Of a stretch of 64,000 nt of DNA, positions 12,964 to 25,697 are shown piece after piece. Location of the stretch: contig NC_043008.1 in the NCBI RefSeq assembly GCF_006345805.1, positions 56,606,001-56,670,000 of the forward strand, read 5' to 3'. Position numbers and translations under genes: made by a program. Position 1 is the first letter of the stretch. The number at the start of each line of letters is the position of its first letter. The notes under the pieces were generated by a model. The model saw nothing but the letters and a program-made list of their open reading frames with translations. It was not told the origin of the DNA and did no database searches. Source of the DNA: Octopus sinensis. Lineage: Eukaryota.

Positions 12964-13301
12964 ATTAATAGTAATTTTTATTGACTTTTATAGCTTTATA
13001 ATTTTATGAACTGAACCATGGTTTTAATTATTATTTTTCATCTCCCTATGTGTTAGTTTTTTTTTAAAAAACTATTAGCCAAATATGTATAATAACTGTG
13101 CTTATTAATATTAATATATACACTGATATATATTTTGTTTTATTTTGTTCTGTTTACCTTGCATTATTGTACCAATGAGTATTATATTATATAAGTGTAG
13201 CATTATGAAGTATATGCATAAGTTTTTATATTTTACATTTTTATATTTTTATATTTATATGTATATGGATAAATAATTTTTTTCACAATTATAACATATT
13301 T

Positions 13302-13415
13302 AATTCTCTGAAGAGTCCGTGGGGCATCCTTGTTAATGCCTCATTTATACCTGCCTTTATGGCTTATAGGTTAAATGAGGTATGACTGCCCTCGCCCGAA
13401 ACAGCTGTCAGATTT
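13302..13415 (+). ncRNA. Type I hammerhead motif with an 83-nt extended stem II
   Basis: AATTCT-CTGAAGA (13308-13314), then a long hairpin including TGCCTCATTTA/TAAATGAGGTA, then GAAA-C-AGCT-GTC (13398-13409)-AGATTT. Confidence 0.68.
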
Positions 13416-13606
13416 GATTTAATACATATTATATTTGAAATTTTATACTTATATCTCTTTGTCTATTTACAATTACTGTATATTTTGTATAATGCCTTTA
13501 CTGATATGTAATGGTGTAATAAAGTATTGATTGGGTATCATCTGATAGTTGATGTTTTATTGATTTAAGTATGTTTCTCCATTCTCTAATTTAGTATTAT
13601 ATATAT

Positions 13607-13678
<72 letters not shown>

Positions 13679-13911
13679 TGTATGTATGTATATATATATG
13701 TATATATGTATATGTACGAATAGTATTATATGTATGTTATATATGTATATATACATGTTCGTATATATATAATGTATGTGTATATTATATGTGGTATATA
13801 TATATATATGTATATATATTATATACGTGCACTACCTCCTCCCCTAGAGTTTCCTGTAGTTTGTATTCTGTGTAAGTTTGATCTCTTAATATATAAATAT
13901 ACATACATATA

Positions 13912-13953
<42 letters not shown>

Positions 13954-14265
13954 TATATATGGGGGGTGTATACTACATAAATATTCGTAATCTAAATCTT
14001 CAGTCTTTCCTTGTTTTTTGTGTTGCATGTATACCACAAAATATATTTTGTATATCAAACCAAAGCTGTTACTTTGAATTCGCTTATCCGCCGAAATACC
14101 TCCTTATCAGCTCACCTGGTATCCTCTAAAAAACAAACTTTAATCCGCGGAGTTGGCTCCTCGTAAAAACATTGGAGTCTAAGTTAGAACCATTTGAACG
14201 ATAGTGTTTTCTAGACCTAGAATACATGGCTATATACATATGTATAATATACTATACACCATGCA

Positions 14266-14498
14266 AAAAGGCGGCGAGCTGGGAGAAACGTTTGCGCGCC
14301 GGGCGAAATGCTTAGCGGTACTTCGTCTGTCGTTACGTTGAGTTCAAATTCCGCCGAGGTCGACTTTCATCCTTTTGGGGTCGATAAATAAAGTACCAGT
14401 TTCACACTGGAGTCGATTTAATCGACTTAATCCCTTTGTCTGTCCGTGTTCGTCCCCTCTATGTTTAGCCCCTGGTGGGCAGTAAAGGAATATATGCT
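14266..14498 (+). mobile_element. SINE family A with a perfect 14-bp TSD
   Basis: CTATACACCATGCA at 14252-14265 and 14499-14512. Confidence 0.93.
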
Positions 14499-15323
14499 AT
14501 ACACCATGCATGCACATTTATACACACACACATGTATAGGCATTTTGATAAATAGATACGTCAGAGAGAGGAAAGGAAAATGTGCGGAATAAAAAAACGA
14601 AAGATCTCATACATAAACTTGTGGACAGACAGAAAGATAAAGAGGGTTATAAGCCGATAGAGAAATGGCAAGATACGAACGTAGAGATATAGATAAATAG
14701 CTCAAAAGAAAAAGACAGATAGGGAGAGACGGGCAGATAGAGACGGAGACAAATGGAGACAGAGAGAGAGAGAGAACTAGTGAGTGTGTTAATGTGTGTG
14801 TGTTGGGGTCTGTACTCTTATTTTCTCCGTTATGTTTCTGATAATGATGCTCATATTGACAAAAATTGCATCGATTAATCATTTTAATTACTCGCCATAG
14901 ACATTTAATTAAGCTATTTGTCTGCTATAAAGATTTTCACGTATGATAAAATTATTTTCTTAATACCCATAATCATTTTTATATGAATAATAATTCTAAC
15001 ATAAATTGTAAACTTTTGGACAAAGGATTTCTGTTTGAGATGAAATTTCCCAAATTCATATAAGACAAGTAAATTAATGTACGCAGCTATGTTCCTGTTA
15101 AGCCACTTAATGCGAGGATCATTAATAAAGCTAACTAGAGATAATTATGCGGCAGATGAAAGCCAGTATTACATTATCATTAATCTTATGTTCCTTGTTA
15201 AAGGACATAAGAAGGACAAAAACGTAGCTATTTCTGCTATCATACTTCGACAAAACTGGTGAAGATTGTGGTTGGTTATGAGGTCCTATGACATCAAAAT
15301 ATGTTAAGATTTATCTCCCACAC

Positions 15324-15486
15324 AGGCGCTGGAGTGGCTGTATGGTAAGTAGCCTGCTTACCAACCACATGTTTCTGACTTCATTCCCACTGCATGGCAC
15401 CTTGGGCAAGTGTCTTCTACTATAGCCTCGGGCCGACCAAAGCCTTGTGAGTGGATTTGGTAGACGGAAACTGAAAGAAGCCCGTC

Positions 15487-15546
<60 letters not shown>

Positions 15547-15764
15547 GTTTGTGTATATGTTTGTGTGTCTGTGTTTGTCCCCTCCAACATCGCTTGACAA
15601 CCAATGGTGGTGTGTTTACGTCACCGTAACTTAGCGGTTCGGCAAAAGAGACCGATAGAATAAGTACCAGGCTTACAAAGAATAAGTCCTGGGGTCGATT
15701 TTCTCGACTAAAGGCGGTGCTCCAGCATGGCCACAGTCAAATGACTGAAACAGGTAAAAGAGTA
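15324..15764 (+). mobile_element. tRNA-headed CORE-like SINE, family B, full length with internal microsatellite
   Basis: AGGCGC.GGAGTGGCTGT head, MIR-core-like CCTTGGGCAAGTGTCTT, internal (CT)n(AT)n and GTAAAAGAG tail. Confidence 0.92.
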
Positions 15765-16447
15765 TACCGAAATAATTAAATACAGTTGCTACTCCACAGT
15801 TTCATATGTATGCATGTATTTATGTATGTATGAACATCTTTGATTAAATTTGTTCTCCAAAGAGGCTGACCTGTGGCTAAACAACCACCACAACAAATAC
15901 AACACAAACAGCAACGACAACACTTATTATATTTTGAAAAGCACCCCGTTATCAAAGATCACATTATCAATACTACCGAAGCTAATCAGCAAACCTTTAT
16001 CGATTAGAAATTGGTTTATACAATTTCAAATAGGTTAGTATAAATCAGCAAGTAATTAGAGAGATTTCATTAACGTAAAAGAAGGTTGCTAATTGGTTGA
16101 ATATATTCCTGAATATATCATTAATGACAATGGAATCGGTCAAACGTATTAAATCGCTTCAAAGTGATAATTGATTCTTTAAATTGATTCTTTATATTGA
16201 TGACTAGCATAGATATATATTTAGATTTAAAAGGATGATTTTAGATCTTCAATAGAATCGAATACCGTTGCGACAAATCGTAAAGAAAAGCATTTCAAGT
16301 ACCCGGTCTTTTAAGATATTAATGATGGGTAACCTAGTCTAGCGAAGTAGGTGCACTATAATTAGGTAGGTGACACGTAGCATGTACAAGGGTCTCAGGA
16401 TCGTAATGTGTCATGTACGTACATGCATACATACATACATACATACA

Positions 16448-16478
<31 letters not shown>

Positions 16479-16487
16479 TAACACATA

Positions 16488-16705
16488 CGAGAAGCTGCTG
16501 AGAAGTTCTTGACTTTGAGTAAAAGAAAATACAGAGGGCTCAGTTAATTATGATTTTACATAATATTTTCGTTCCCCTCTCAGATTCATGCACTTATTAC
16601 AGTAGTCCTTCAGTTTTACTAACCCCTTAAAAAATTCAGCAGGTTGGTCCTCGAACCAGGTCTTTCGTGACACCTTTAAAGCCAGTAACTTTTCAACACC
16701 CCCTC
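16488..16705. mobile_element. Degenerate mariner-type MITE
   Basis: Imperfect TIRs: GAGAAGCTGCTGAGAAGTTCTTGACTTT versus reverse complement GAGGGGGTGTTGAAAAGTTACTGGCTTT. Left TA flank present. Confidence 0.5.
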
Positions 16706-17384
16706 ATCTAAGCATATACATAAACACGCGCGCGCACGTACACATACATACGCACGTACACGCACACACATACACACACATACGCACGCATACGTACACG
16801 CGCACGCACACATACCCACACATATATATACACACAGCACGCTCACACATATCGTTTATAGATACAATATAGTTTGAATCAACATATATATTAATATATA
16901 TATATATATTTGTAAAAAATGAAGTTCGAAAATGCTGCTGTAATATACAATTTTTAATTTTTATATATATACATTATAACATGTTTCAGTTCCTGAAATG
17001 AACTTTATCAAAAAAAGTTATATATAAAAAAAGACAGCTCATGCCGTCAAACACAAGAAATTCATTTATAATACACAACGGAGTCAGACATCTTAGAGTT
17101 CATGTATAGTTGATATATAGTTCATGTATAGTTGATATATAGTTTGAAGTATATGTTCAAAGTGTTCGATGCAGTGGACCACGGTGGCGATACGTATTCA
17201 AAAAAAAAACAGATCAAAGTGGTGGAAAGCGGTCAATACAGAAGATTGATGTTTCCGAAAGAGCGAGGAATTCATTTTTACCTTAAGCAAATGTGATGAC
17301 CCATGGTGGATGTTCGCTGGGTGGTTCTAATGGTTTTTGTGAAGTGTTCGGTTTTATAATGCCTGTTAGGTGGTCAATTCAGCG

Positions 17385-17820
17385 TTAGCGTGACGTCATC
17401 AACGTTTTGACCAATCGTTTCGTTAGGTGGCTTTAGTCAAGTAGAACGGGACGTCATCATTATTTTGACCAATCGCTGCATTATAACTGCCTCTTGTTGG
17501 TTTTCCTGTTTTGACCAGTCGCTTCGTTAGTCAAGTAGAACGGGACGTCATCATTATTTTGACCAATCGCTGCATTATAACTGCCTCTTGTTTTTTCCTG
17601 TCCTGACCAGTCGCTTCGTTAGTCAAGCAGAACGGGACGTCATGCAGATTCTGCCCAATCACGACTTATAGCTACATTAGATCTGCCCCCTGTCTGTACT
17701 TGTTAGGTGACTATTCAAGCAGAAAAGGACGTCATCAATATTCTGACTAATGACGTGTCCTGTTTGTATCCTGTCCATTCTAGCTGAGCTAGACGTCATC
17801 AACTTGTTGACCAATCAGAT
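17385..17820 (+). repeat. About 93-bp tandem repeat with six GACGTCA...CCAAT-type modules
   Basis: Units start at 17433, 17527 and 17619, with degenerate modules on both flanks. Confidence 0.85.
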
Positions 17821-17984
17821 CGGGTCTGACCCTAGCTGTATCGTATGTATCAGGGTCAGATTTGCACGAAAGAATTTTTTTCCCTTTTTTACTTAGGTAT
17901 ATTTCCGTCATATATATATATTATATATATATATATATGCGTGTGTGTGGGTGTGTGTGTGTATGTGTGATTACATCAATTCCA

Positions 17985-18672
17985 GTGTTCAACTGGTGCT
18001 TATTTTATCAATCTCGAAAGGATGAAAAGCAAAGTCGATCACGGTGGAATTTGAACTCTGAACATAAAGACAGACATAGTACTCCTTAGCATTTTGCTCG
18101 GCATGCTAACGAAAGCATAGTACATGGTGTCACATCCACCGCGAATTTTAATGAAGGCTGAGGGCATCGAGTTTCTAATTATCTTTTCAACTAAATGCAC
18201 AAACTGTGTGGCGAGGGGACAGATCTATTACGTCGACACCTGTGTTTCACTGCTACTTATTTTATCGACCCCGCAGGATGAAAGACAAAGTCGACCACGG
18301 CGGAATTTGAACTCAAACCGTATAGACAGACGAATTGTCCCCAAGCATTTTGCCCGGCGTGCCAACGAAAGCATAATACATAGTACCAAATCCACCTCGA
18401 TTGTAAGTGAAGGATGAGGGCCATAGTTTCTGACAACGCCTCTGGTCGCCTTAAGGCGTCGGTCTGGCAGAATTCAGAACGTATAAATGGACGAAAAGTT
18501 TTGCAGCATTTCTTCAGATTGCTATCCCGAGTCAAATTCAGCCGAAGCTGACTTTGGTTTTATCCTTTCAGTGTTGATGAAATAAGTACCAGTTGAGCAC
18601 TGGGTGGGGTTGATGTAATAGACTAGACCCCATTCCCAAACTTTCAGGACAAGGGGCCAATAGTAGAAAGAT
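17985..18672. mobile_element. Cluster of three degenerate family A SINEs (about 17985-18112 minus, 18255-18368 minus, 18497-18672 plus)
   Basis: Recognisable GGATGAAAG.CAAAGTCGAC...GAATTTGAACTC cores in both orientations. Confidence 0.75.
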
Positions 18673-18817
18673 TAATACTGGTTGCCGTCCGTAGATATAT
18701 TTTGCAAAGTAGGCCGAGAATTTTTGATTTTTGTATAAAGTACAACCGGGAAGAAGATATTTCTTTTTCCATAATTCGTAAGAGTGTACTGTGCATGAAA
18801 TAAGCAAACAAGCATAC

Positions 18818-18856
<39 letters not shown>

Positions 18857-18924
18857 TATGCATACATAATACACACTTACATACACACACAGGCACTCTC
18901 TCGCTCTCTCTCTCTCTTACACGC

Positions 18925-18964
<40 letters not shown>

Positions 18965-18977
18965 CATGATCACCGTG

Positions 18978-19036
<59 letters not shown>

Positions 19037-20149
19037 TACATATATATAGATATATAGATGCATAGATAAGTGCATGCAAACATACATGCATATACACGCA
19101 TATATGCCTATATTGCCAAGATGTATATACGTATCTGTCTGTCTTTATAACTCTCTCACATGACTGAGTGGACAATGGAAATAAATGGAGCTAAACACAT
19201 TTATTAGTAGTTACATGTATTATTCAAAACGGTTTAATTCGGATTCCTTGCTACTTCAAGATTCGGCTGTTCCACGAGCGTGAGGAGACAGGTTTCGCCA
19301 GGGGCCTGCGAAACGTAGTATCATAGAATACGAATCAAACTATTTTCAATAATATAATATAAATATAGAAAGAAAGTGAGTGAAAGATAGATAGATAAAT
19401 AGAGAGATAGAGAAGGGGAGAGAGAGGGGAGAGAGAGGGAAGAGGGAGAGGGGTAAATAGATGTATGTATATGCATGTATATCAACATTATAATTATGTT
19501 CATTATTTTGTACCTACTTTTTACCTGGCGGCAAAGGTTAGACATATTTTGTTTGCAGTGTCCTATGATCGGAATATCTTCCTTTTTACCGCCATTTTCT
19601 CCGCTCTTATAAGAAGCGGTTTCATAAGATTTCCATACGATACATATAAAATACATGCATACGTACACTTACACATGAATACGTAAATATATAATATAAT
19701 ATAATATAATATAATATAATATAATATAATATATATGCGTATATGTATGAACGCATGTATACGGATACACATAAATAGACACAAAATCAATGCTTCCCCC
19801 CCACACAAATACACATACACACACATATATATACAAAGTAAAAGGTTAGAGGTAGAGAGAGATGGAGCGACTGAGAGGGAAATATAGAGCAAGAATGGTA
19901 AATTTATAGAAACGTGGATACCTACACAGTTAGCTACAAAGATATTTCGAGAAGGCAAAGTAATTAGGGGCCTATTTTGTGATGTTTTTCTGCATAAACT
20001 TTACATAAAGACTCGTGTTTTTCTTTCCTTTTCACTATTCTTCTTTCCCTTCTTTCTTTCTTTGTCTGTTTCCCTCTCTCCATACTCATGCACAACACAC
20101 ATATATATTTGTATGTATAAATAGTTGTATACATACCTATTTATATATC

Positions 20150-20155
20150 TATACA

Positions 20156-20236
<81 letters not shown>

Positions 20237-20471
20237 TGTGTGTGTATGCATCTATACATGCATACATTATATATATATACATATATATATACATAAATAC
20301 ATACTTATACACACACATGCACGGGCACAAACACACTCACATACATGCATAATATATATATCAAAAGGGAGAGACGAGAGCGAGCGAGATAAAGAAATAT
20401 GTTTTTAGAAATATAAAAGTAAATAAACATTTGAGAGTGTGCATATGTAATAATAATAATAATAATAATAA

Positions 20472-20515
<44 letters not shown>

Positions 20516-20576
20516 TGATAATAATAATAATAATGATAATAATGATAATAATAATAATAATGATAAATGAGAATAA

Positions 20577-20623
<47 letters not shown>

Positions 20624-20929
20624 TAATAATAATGATGATAATAATAATAATAAATTTATATATATATATATAAATATGTGTGTATTGCTCTCACGCGTAC
20701 ATACACAGAGATACAGACTCTTTCTTAACGCTCACCCACACACACGTATATTAATATTTCCCAACAGACATAATAGGTAATAATTTTTTTTATTATATCT
20801 TTATTAGATATAACATTGTCTTGCAAAATAATGGTGTATATTTACAAGTATTCTTGACATTCAATACGCTGTTGGCCCGACGCAATGAAGCGATATTTAC
20901 AAGAACACACAGACATATATACATGTGTA

Positions 20930-20964
<35 letters not shown>

Positions 20965-20976
20965 TATATATATATA

Positions 20977-21009
<33 letters not shown>

Positions 21010-21120
21010 ATACATACACAAATAACTAAATATAAACACATATATACATACATATATATATATATACATACACACACATATATATATATATACACATAAA
21101 TATATATATATACACACACA

Positions 21121-21160
<40 letters not shown>

Positions 21161-21240
21161 AATATAACTATAAATATAATACATATATATATACATATGT
21201 AGACATATATATATATATATATACATTTAAAGAAGCACAT
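20150..21240. repeat. Microsatellite cluster (TA)n, (AAT)n at about 20447-20655, (TA/CA)n
   Basis: Read directly from the sequence. Confidence 0.97.
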
Positions 21241-21679
21241 ATGTGTATATATCTATTGCTATAATACATGTATATTTACGAGTGTGTAATGCATGTACAT
21301 ACATATATACATACATAACACATAGCTCAACATTGGGAAACAGAAGGTAATGATGGCTGTAACAACTGTTCTTTGGACAGATATATATGCTGTAACAATG
21401 GTATTACTAACAAAAAAAAACAACAACAACATTTATAGCAAGAAGAATATAATCATCGATGCAGACACCCATAACATCCGCTCTATCGTCGTTCTTATCA
21501 TCACCATCACCAGCAGCAGCAGGAAAGGTAAAAATAATATACAACAATATCAGCCAGAGTATCCGCAAGAGGAATAGTAATAATAAAAATAAACAATGAT
21601 TACATTAACATAAAAAAAATCAGGAAAACGCAGTATTATTATCGTTTTATCATTATTATTATTATTATCATTATTATCA

Positions 21680-22085
21680 TACTCTCTCTTTTACTCTTTT
21701 ACTTGTTTCAGTCATTTGACTGCGGCCATGCTGGAGCACCACCTTTAATCAAGCAACTCGACCCCGGGACTTATTCTTTTTCTAAGCCCAGTACTTATTC
21801 TATCGGTCTCTTTTGCCGAACCACTAAGTAACGGGGACATAAACACTCCAGCATCGGTTGTCAATCAATGCTAGGGGTATAAACATAGACACACAACCAC
21901 ACACACGCATATATATATATACATATATACGACGGGCTTCTTTCAGTTTCCGTCTACCAAATCCACTCACAAGGCTTTGGTCGGCCCGAGGCTATAGTAG
22001 AAGACACTTGCCCAAAGTGCCACGCAGTGGGACTGAACCCGGAACCATGTGGTTGGTACACAAGCTACTTACCACACAGCCACTC
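21680..22085 (-). mobile_element. SINE family B
   Basis: Highly similar to 37059-37465. Confidence 0.92.
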
Positions 22086-22121
22086 TATTATTATTATTAT
22101 TATTGTTATTATTATTATTAA

Positions 22122-22173
<52 letters not shown>

Positions 22174-22744
22174 TTATCATTATTAATAGTATTGTTGTTG
22201 TTGTTGTTTTTGTCTTTGTTTTATTGTCGTCGTTATTCTTCATCTCCTCCTACTCTACCCCCTCTTTGCCTTCGTCATCGTCGTCGTCGTTGTTGTTAGT
22301 ATAATTATTACCATTAATTCGGTAGAGAGGTGGTAGAATTCTTGGAAATTGTGCTTTACGGTATTTCTGCTAGTTGGTGATACGTGTTCAATTTCAGTAA
22401 TGTTCATGTTTAATTTGTTTGCTTTCCGAATCAGTAAAATAAAATATTTTCCATGTATTTGAGGTCGACGTTCACAACTAACACCCTTCCGTGGAAACTG
22501 TTAGCATTGTACCGCTTAGATGGCATGTTGGTAGAATTTTGAGGTTCGTCATACAAAATGCTTAGGGAGATATCTGCCAGGTCTTTACATTCACATTCAG
22601 TTGAAATCGATCTTATTTTTCATTCTCTGAAGATCATTAAAATGAAATACCATTTGAAGATAGGGTTCAATAGTATCGACTAACCCCCTCTCCAATTTCT
22701 CGACATGTGATCGTTCAACGGAGAAAATATGCCTGCAATTCTAC

Positions 22745-22997
22745 GTGGTGTATAAAATATCCTGTAGCAAATATAAAATGAATTCTAAATGGGAAGTACC
22801 ATCAAACAAGTACACGTACGGATTAAAAACCACCTTAACCGTAAAGCTTCTTCTGTCAAAAAGTACGAACAGGAATGCCACTCAGCGAGAACCATGTTGC
22901 CATTGAAGCCACAGAAAGAAACAATGGGAACCCGAGAATAAAAAAGGCCATATTAATTGGCAAAGTAATCCTCTATATTAAGGACAAATGTAAATGA
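22745..22997 (+). pseudogene. Penelope-like element GIY-YIG endonuclease remnant
   Basis: Frameshifted translation gives VVYKISC, STIKQVHVRIKNHLNRKASSVKKY and VAIEATERNNGNPRIKKAILIGK, matching the PLE GIY-YIG pattern (VVY.I.C ... RI.EH ... R.IKEAI.I). Confidence 0.68.
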
Positions 22998-23196
22998 AAG
23001 CAGCTCAATGTCTACTATAACACCGATATCCTGTGCAAGCAAAGCAACACTTTTCTACGAGTATTACAGATTAGAGAAGTCAGGTCACATAACTCCTTCC
23101 TTGAAAAATTCCAGACGGATCCTAACCAGGAAATATTGAAATATATGATAAAATTACAAACCATCCACTTGCACTGGTTTGGCTTTAAAATATTAT

Positions 23197-23362
23197 AGGC
23201 GCAGGAGTGGCTGTGTGGTAAGTAGCTTGCTTACCAACCACATGGTTCCGGGTTCAGTCCAACTTAATGGCACTTCGGCCAAGTGTCTTCTACTATGGCT
23301 TCGGGCCGACCAAAGCCTTGTGAGTCAATTTGATAGACGGAAACTGAAAGAAGCTCGTCGTA
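23197..23362 (+). mobile_element. SINE family B, 5' half
   Basis: AGGCGCAGGAGTGGCTGTGTGG...GGAAACTGAAAGAAGCTCGTCG followed by (TA)n. Confidence 0.88.
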
Positions 23363-23791
23363 TATATATATATATATACAGAATACACAGACATACATAC
23401 ACAGATACACATGTATACATACATATAAGCGTACGTACAACTATTCATTATGATAGGTACTTTTTCTTTATACATGTTTTGATTTTGTTTTTCTTGTCAT
23501 TAGAACTGGAAGCATTGTGTTATAAAATAATGAAGAATATTTTGATATACATAAACATTCTTGAAATTGGGAAAGGGTTGCTAAATCACGATGAAATGAT
23601 ATTAATATAGACACACATACGTATGTATATACGTACATACATACATACGCACGCCCTCATATATATTAGACACGTAGATAGGGAGAGAGAGAGGAGGGGG
23701 AGAGAAACAGACAGACTGACAAGCAGACATCTTGCTCGATAGATAGACAGATAGGATTACGTACATTTGTCTAGCTAGCTGCATTTATACA

Positions 23792-23855
<64 letters not shown>

Positions 23856-23912
23856 TATGCATACATACACACATATATACGTGTATGTATGTATATGTAT
23901 GTGTAGAGTATA

Positions 23913-25524
23913 CAGTGGCGGCCAAAATGTTCAGAACGGCATTGTTTTCGTCAGAAAAGTAGATATAATTTTTTATCAAAGTTGTTTTATATTCTATAAT
24001 TTTCACAGACAATAAATACGATATTATTTGTTATTGCCTGAGATTGTGGTGTAATTTGAGAGGATAATACAAAAGTTATGGATAATTTAGTGATTTACTG
24101 CAAAACCCATAGCGGCCAAAATTATCAGAACGGTTGCTTTTACTCCGTGTTTTAGTATATTTAATCGGCGAACTCTAATTTTTTGAATTTGTTTACGTGG
24201 CGGTTCGTTTACTAAACATTAGTAAGAATATTTGCAGTGTACTTTGTTAATATAATGCCACTTACTCCGTTACCAATTCGTCAGCAGATTATTAAGCTTC
24301 GAAGGAAGGATAATTGAAGTATTGGATCTATTGCAAATATTGTTAACAAGTCAAAAGTGTTGTACGCGGTATTCTTAAGGTCTACGATGATTGTGGTTCG
24401 TGTGAAGCAAGAAAGTTTACAGGTAGGCCAAGAAAAATGACCAAGAGAGAAGATCGTGCTATGGTAAAGTTGGTTAAAAAGGACAGATTTAAAACTGCTG
24501 CTACTGTTTCTTGGAAAATGAGCATTCTTTTGAAGAAAACTTTATCTCGAAAAACTGTGTCTCGTTGTTTAGTTGATCATGACCTACAAGCAAGAGCACC
24601 TGCAGTGAAGCCATTGATCAGCTCCAAGAATAAAAAGTGTCGTCTTACCTTTGCAACCAAACATGTATTGTGGTCTCAAGAAAAATGGCAAACGGTGCAT
24701 TTCAGTGATGAATCTAAGTTTATGTTATTTGGCTCAGATGGGAAAAGATACATTCGTAGAAAAGTAGGTGAAAAATTGTCGCCTAAATGCCTTAAGACTA
24801 GTGTTAAATTCGGTGGAGGAAGTGTCATGGTTTGGGGGATGATATCTGGAGATGGTCTGGGCCCTTTGGTGAGATTACATGTAAAGGTAAATGCAGGAGT
24901 TTATAAACAACTTGTAAAAGATCATGTCTTGCCTGTGCTGAGAAATTCAACTAAGCGACCACCCATATTCATGCAGGACAATGCCCCATGTCACAAGGCT
25001 AAGGTGGTCATGAACTTACTCAATGCTGAAAAGGTTATTGTTATGGATTGGCCTGCTCAAAGCCCAGATCTCAATCCTATTGAAAATGTATTGAATATTC
25101 TAGGAGAACGTTCGAAAGCCAGAAATCCTAAAACAACTGAGCAATTATGGAATGCCCTTCAGGAAGAATGGAATAAGATCACCCATCAAGAAATCGAAAA
25201 TTCAATTTCCTCATGCAGTCAAAGATGTCAGAGTGTGATTGAAGCTAAAGGGCTTCACACTAAATATTAAATAATTCCAGTATTCTCTGTCATTTTTGAT
25301 TATTTTGTTATTTTTTCAACCGTTCTGATCATTTTGCAGTAAATCACTAAATCATCCATAACTTTTGTATTATCCTCTCAAATTACACCAAAATCTTAGA
25401 CAATAACAATTAATATTGTATTTATTGTCTGTGAAAATTATAGAATATAAAACGACTTTGATAAAAACTTATACTAACTTTTCTGACGAAAACAATGCCG
25501 TTCTGAACATTTTGGCCGCAACTG
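23913..25524 (+). mobile_element. Tc1-family DNA transposon (IR/DR type), full length, 1612 bp
   Basis: Left TIR 23913-24136 starts TA|CAGTGGCGGCCAAAATGTTCAGAACGG. Right TIR 25317-25524 is its reverse complement. The inner direct repeat GCGGCCAAAATTATCAGAACGG mirrors the outer one. Left flank is TA; right flank reads TT. Confidence 0.97.
24255..25270 (+). pseudogene. Tc1 DD34E transposase with two N-terminal lesions
   Basis: The 24437-25270 ORF has FSDESKF, FMQDNAPCH and SPDLNPIE, with 34 residues between D2 and E. The likely true ATG is at 24255 (MPLTPLPIRQQIIKL). There is an in-frame TGA at 24315-24317 and a 1-bp frameshift in the A-run at 24353-24356, after which the frame reads SVVRGILKVY...GRPRKMTKREDR. 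Confidence 0.93.
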
Positions 25525-25615
25525 TTGATTACATATAAATAAATGGTGTTGCTGGTGCTGATAGTGGTTAGACGAAGAGAAAAGCTGGAGAGACTGAAAT
25601 AAGAAGAGGGAAAAT

Positions 25616-25679
<64 letters not shown>

Positions 25680-25697
25680 CAGTAGTAGTAGTAGTAG
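25616..25697. repeat. (GTA)n microsatellite
   Basis: Read directly from the sequence. Confidence 0.98.

Noticed and set aside
17433-17710. Repeat-spacer-like appearance suggesting a CRISPR array
   Set aside because: The intervening sequences are themselves repeated, the context is eukaryotic, and there are no cas genes.
22625-22652. CTGAAGA-TCATT..AATGAAA hammerhead-like string
   Set aside because: The stem overlaps GAAA, and there is no stem III or cleavage triplet.
23095-23155. Possible decayed hammerhead downstream of the GIY-YIG remnant
   Set aside because: The position is suggestive, but the core (CTTGAAAA) and the stems are too degraded to support a call.
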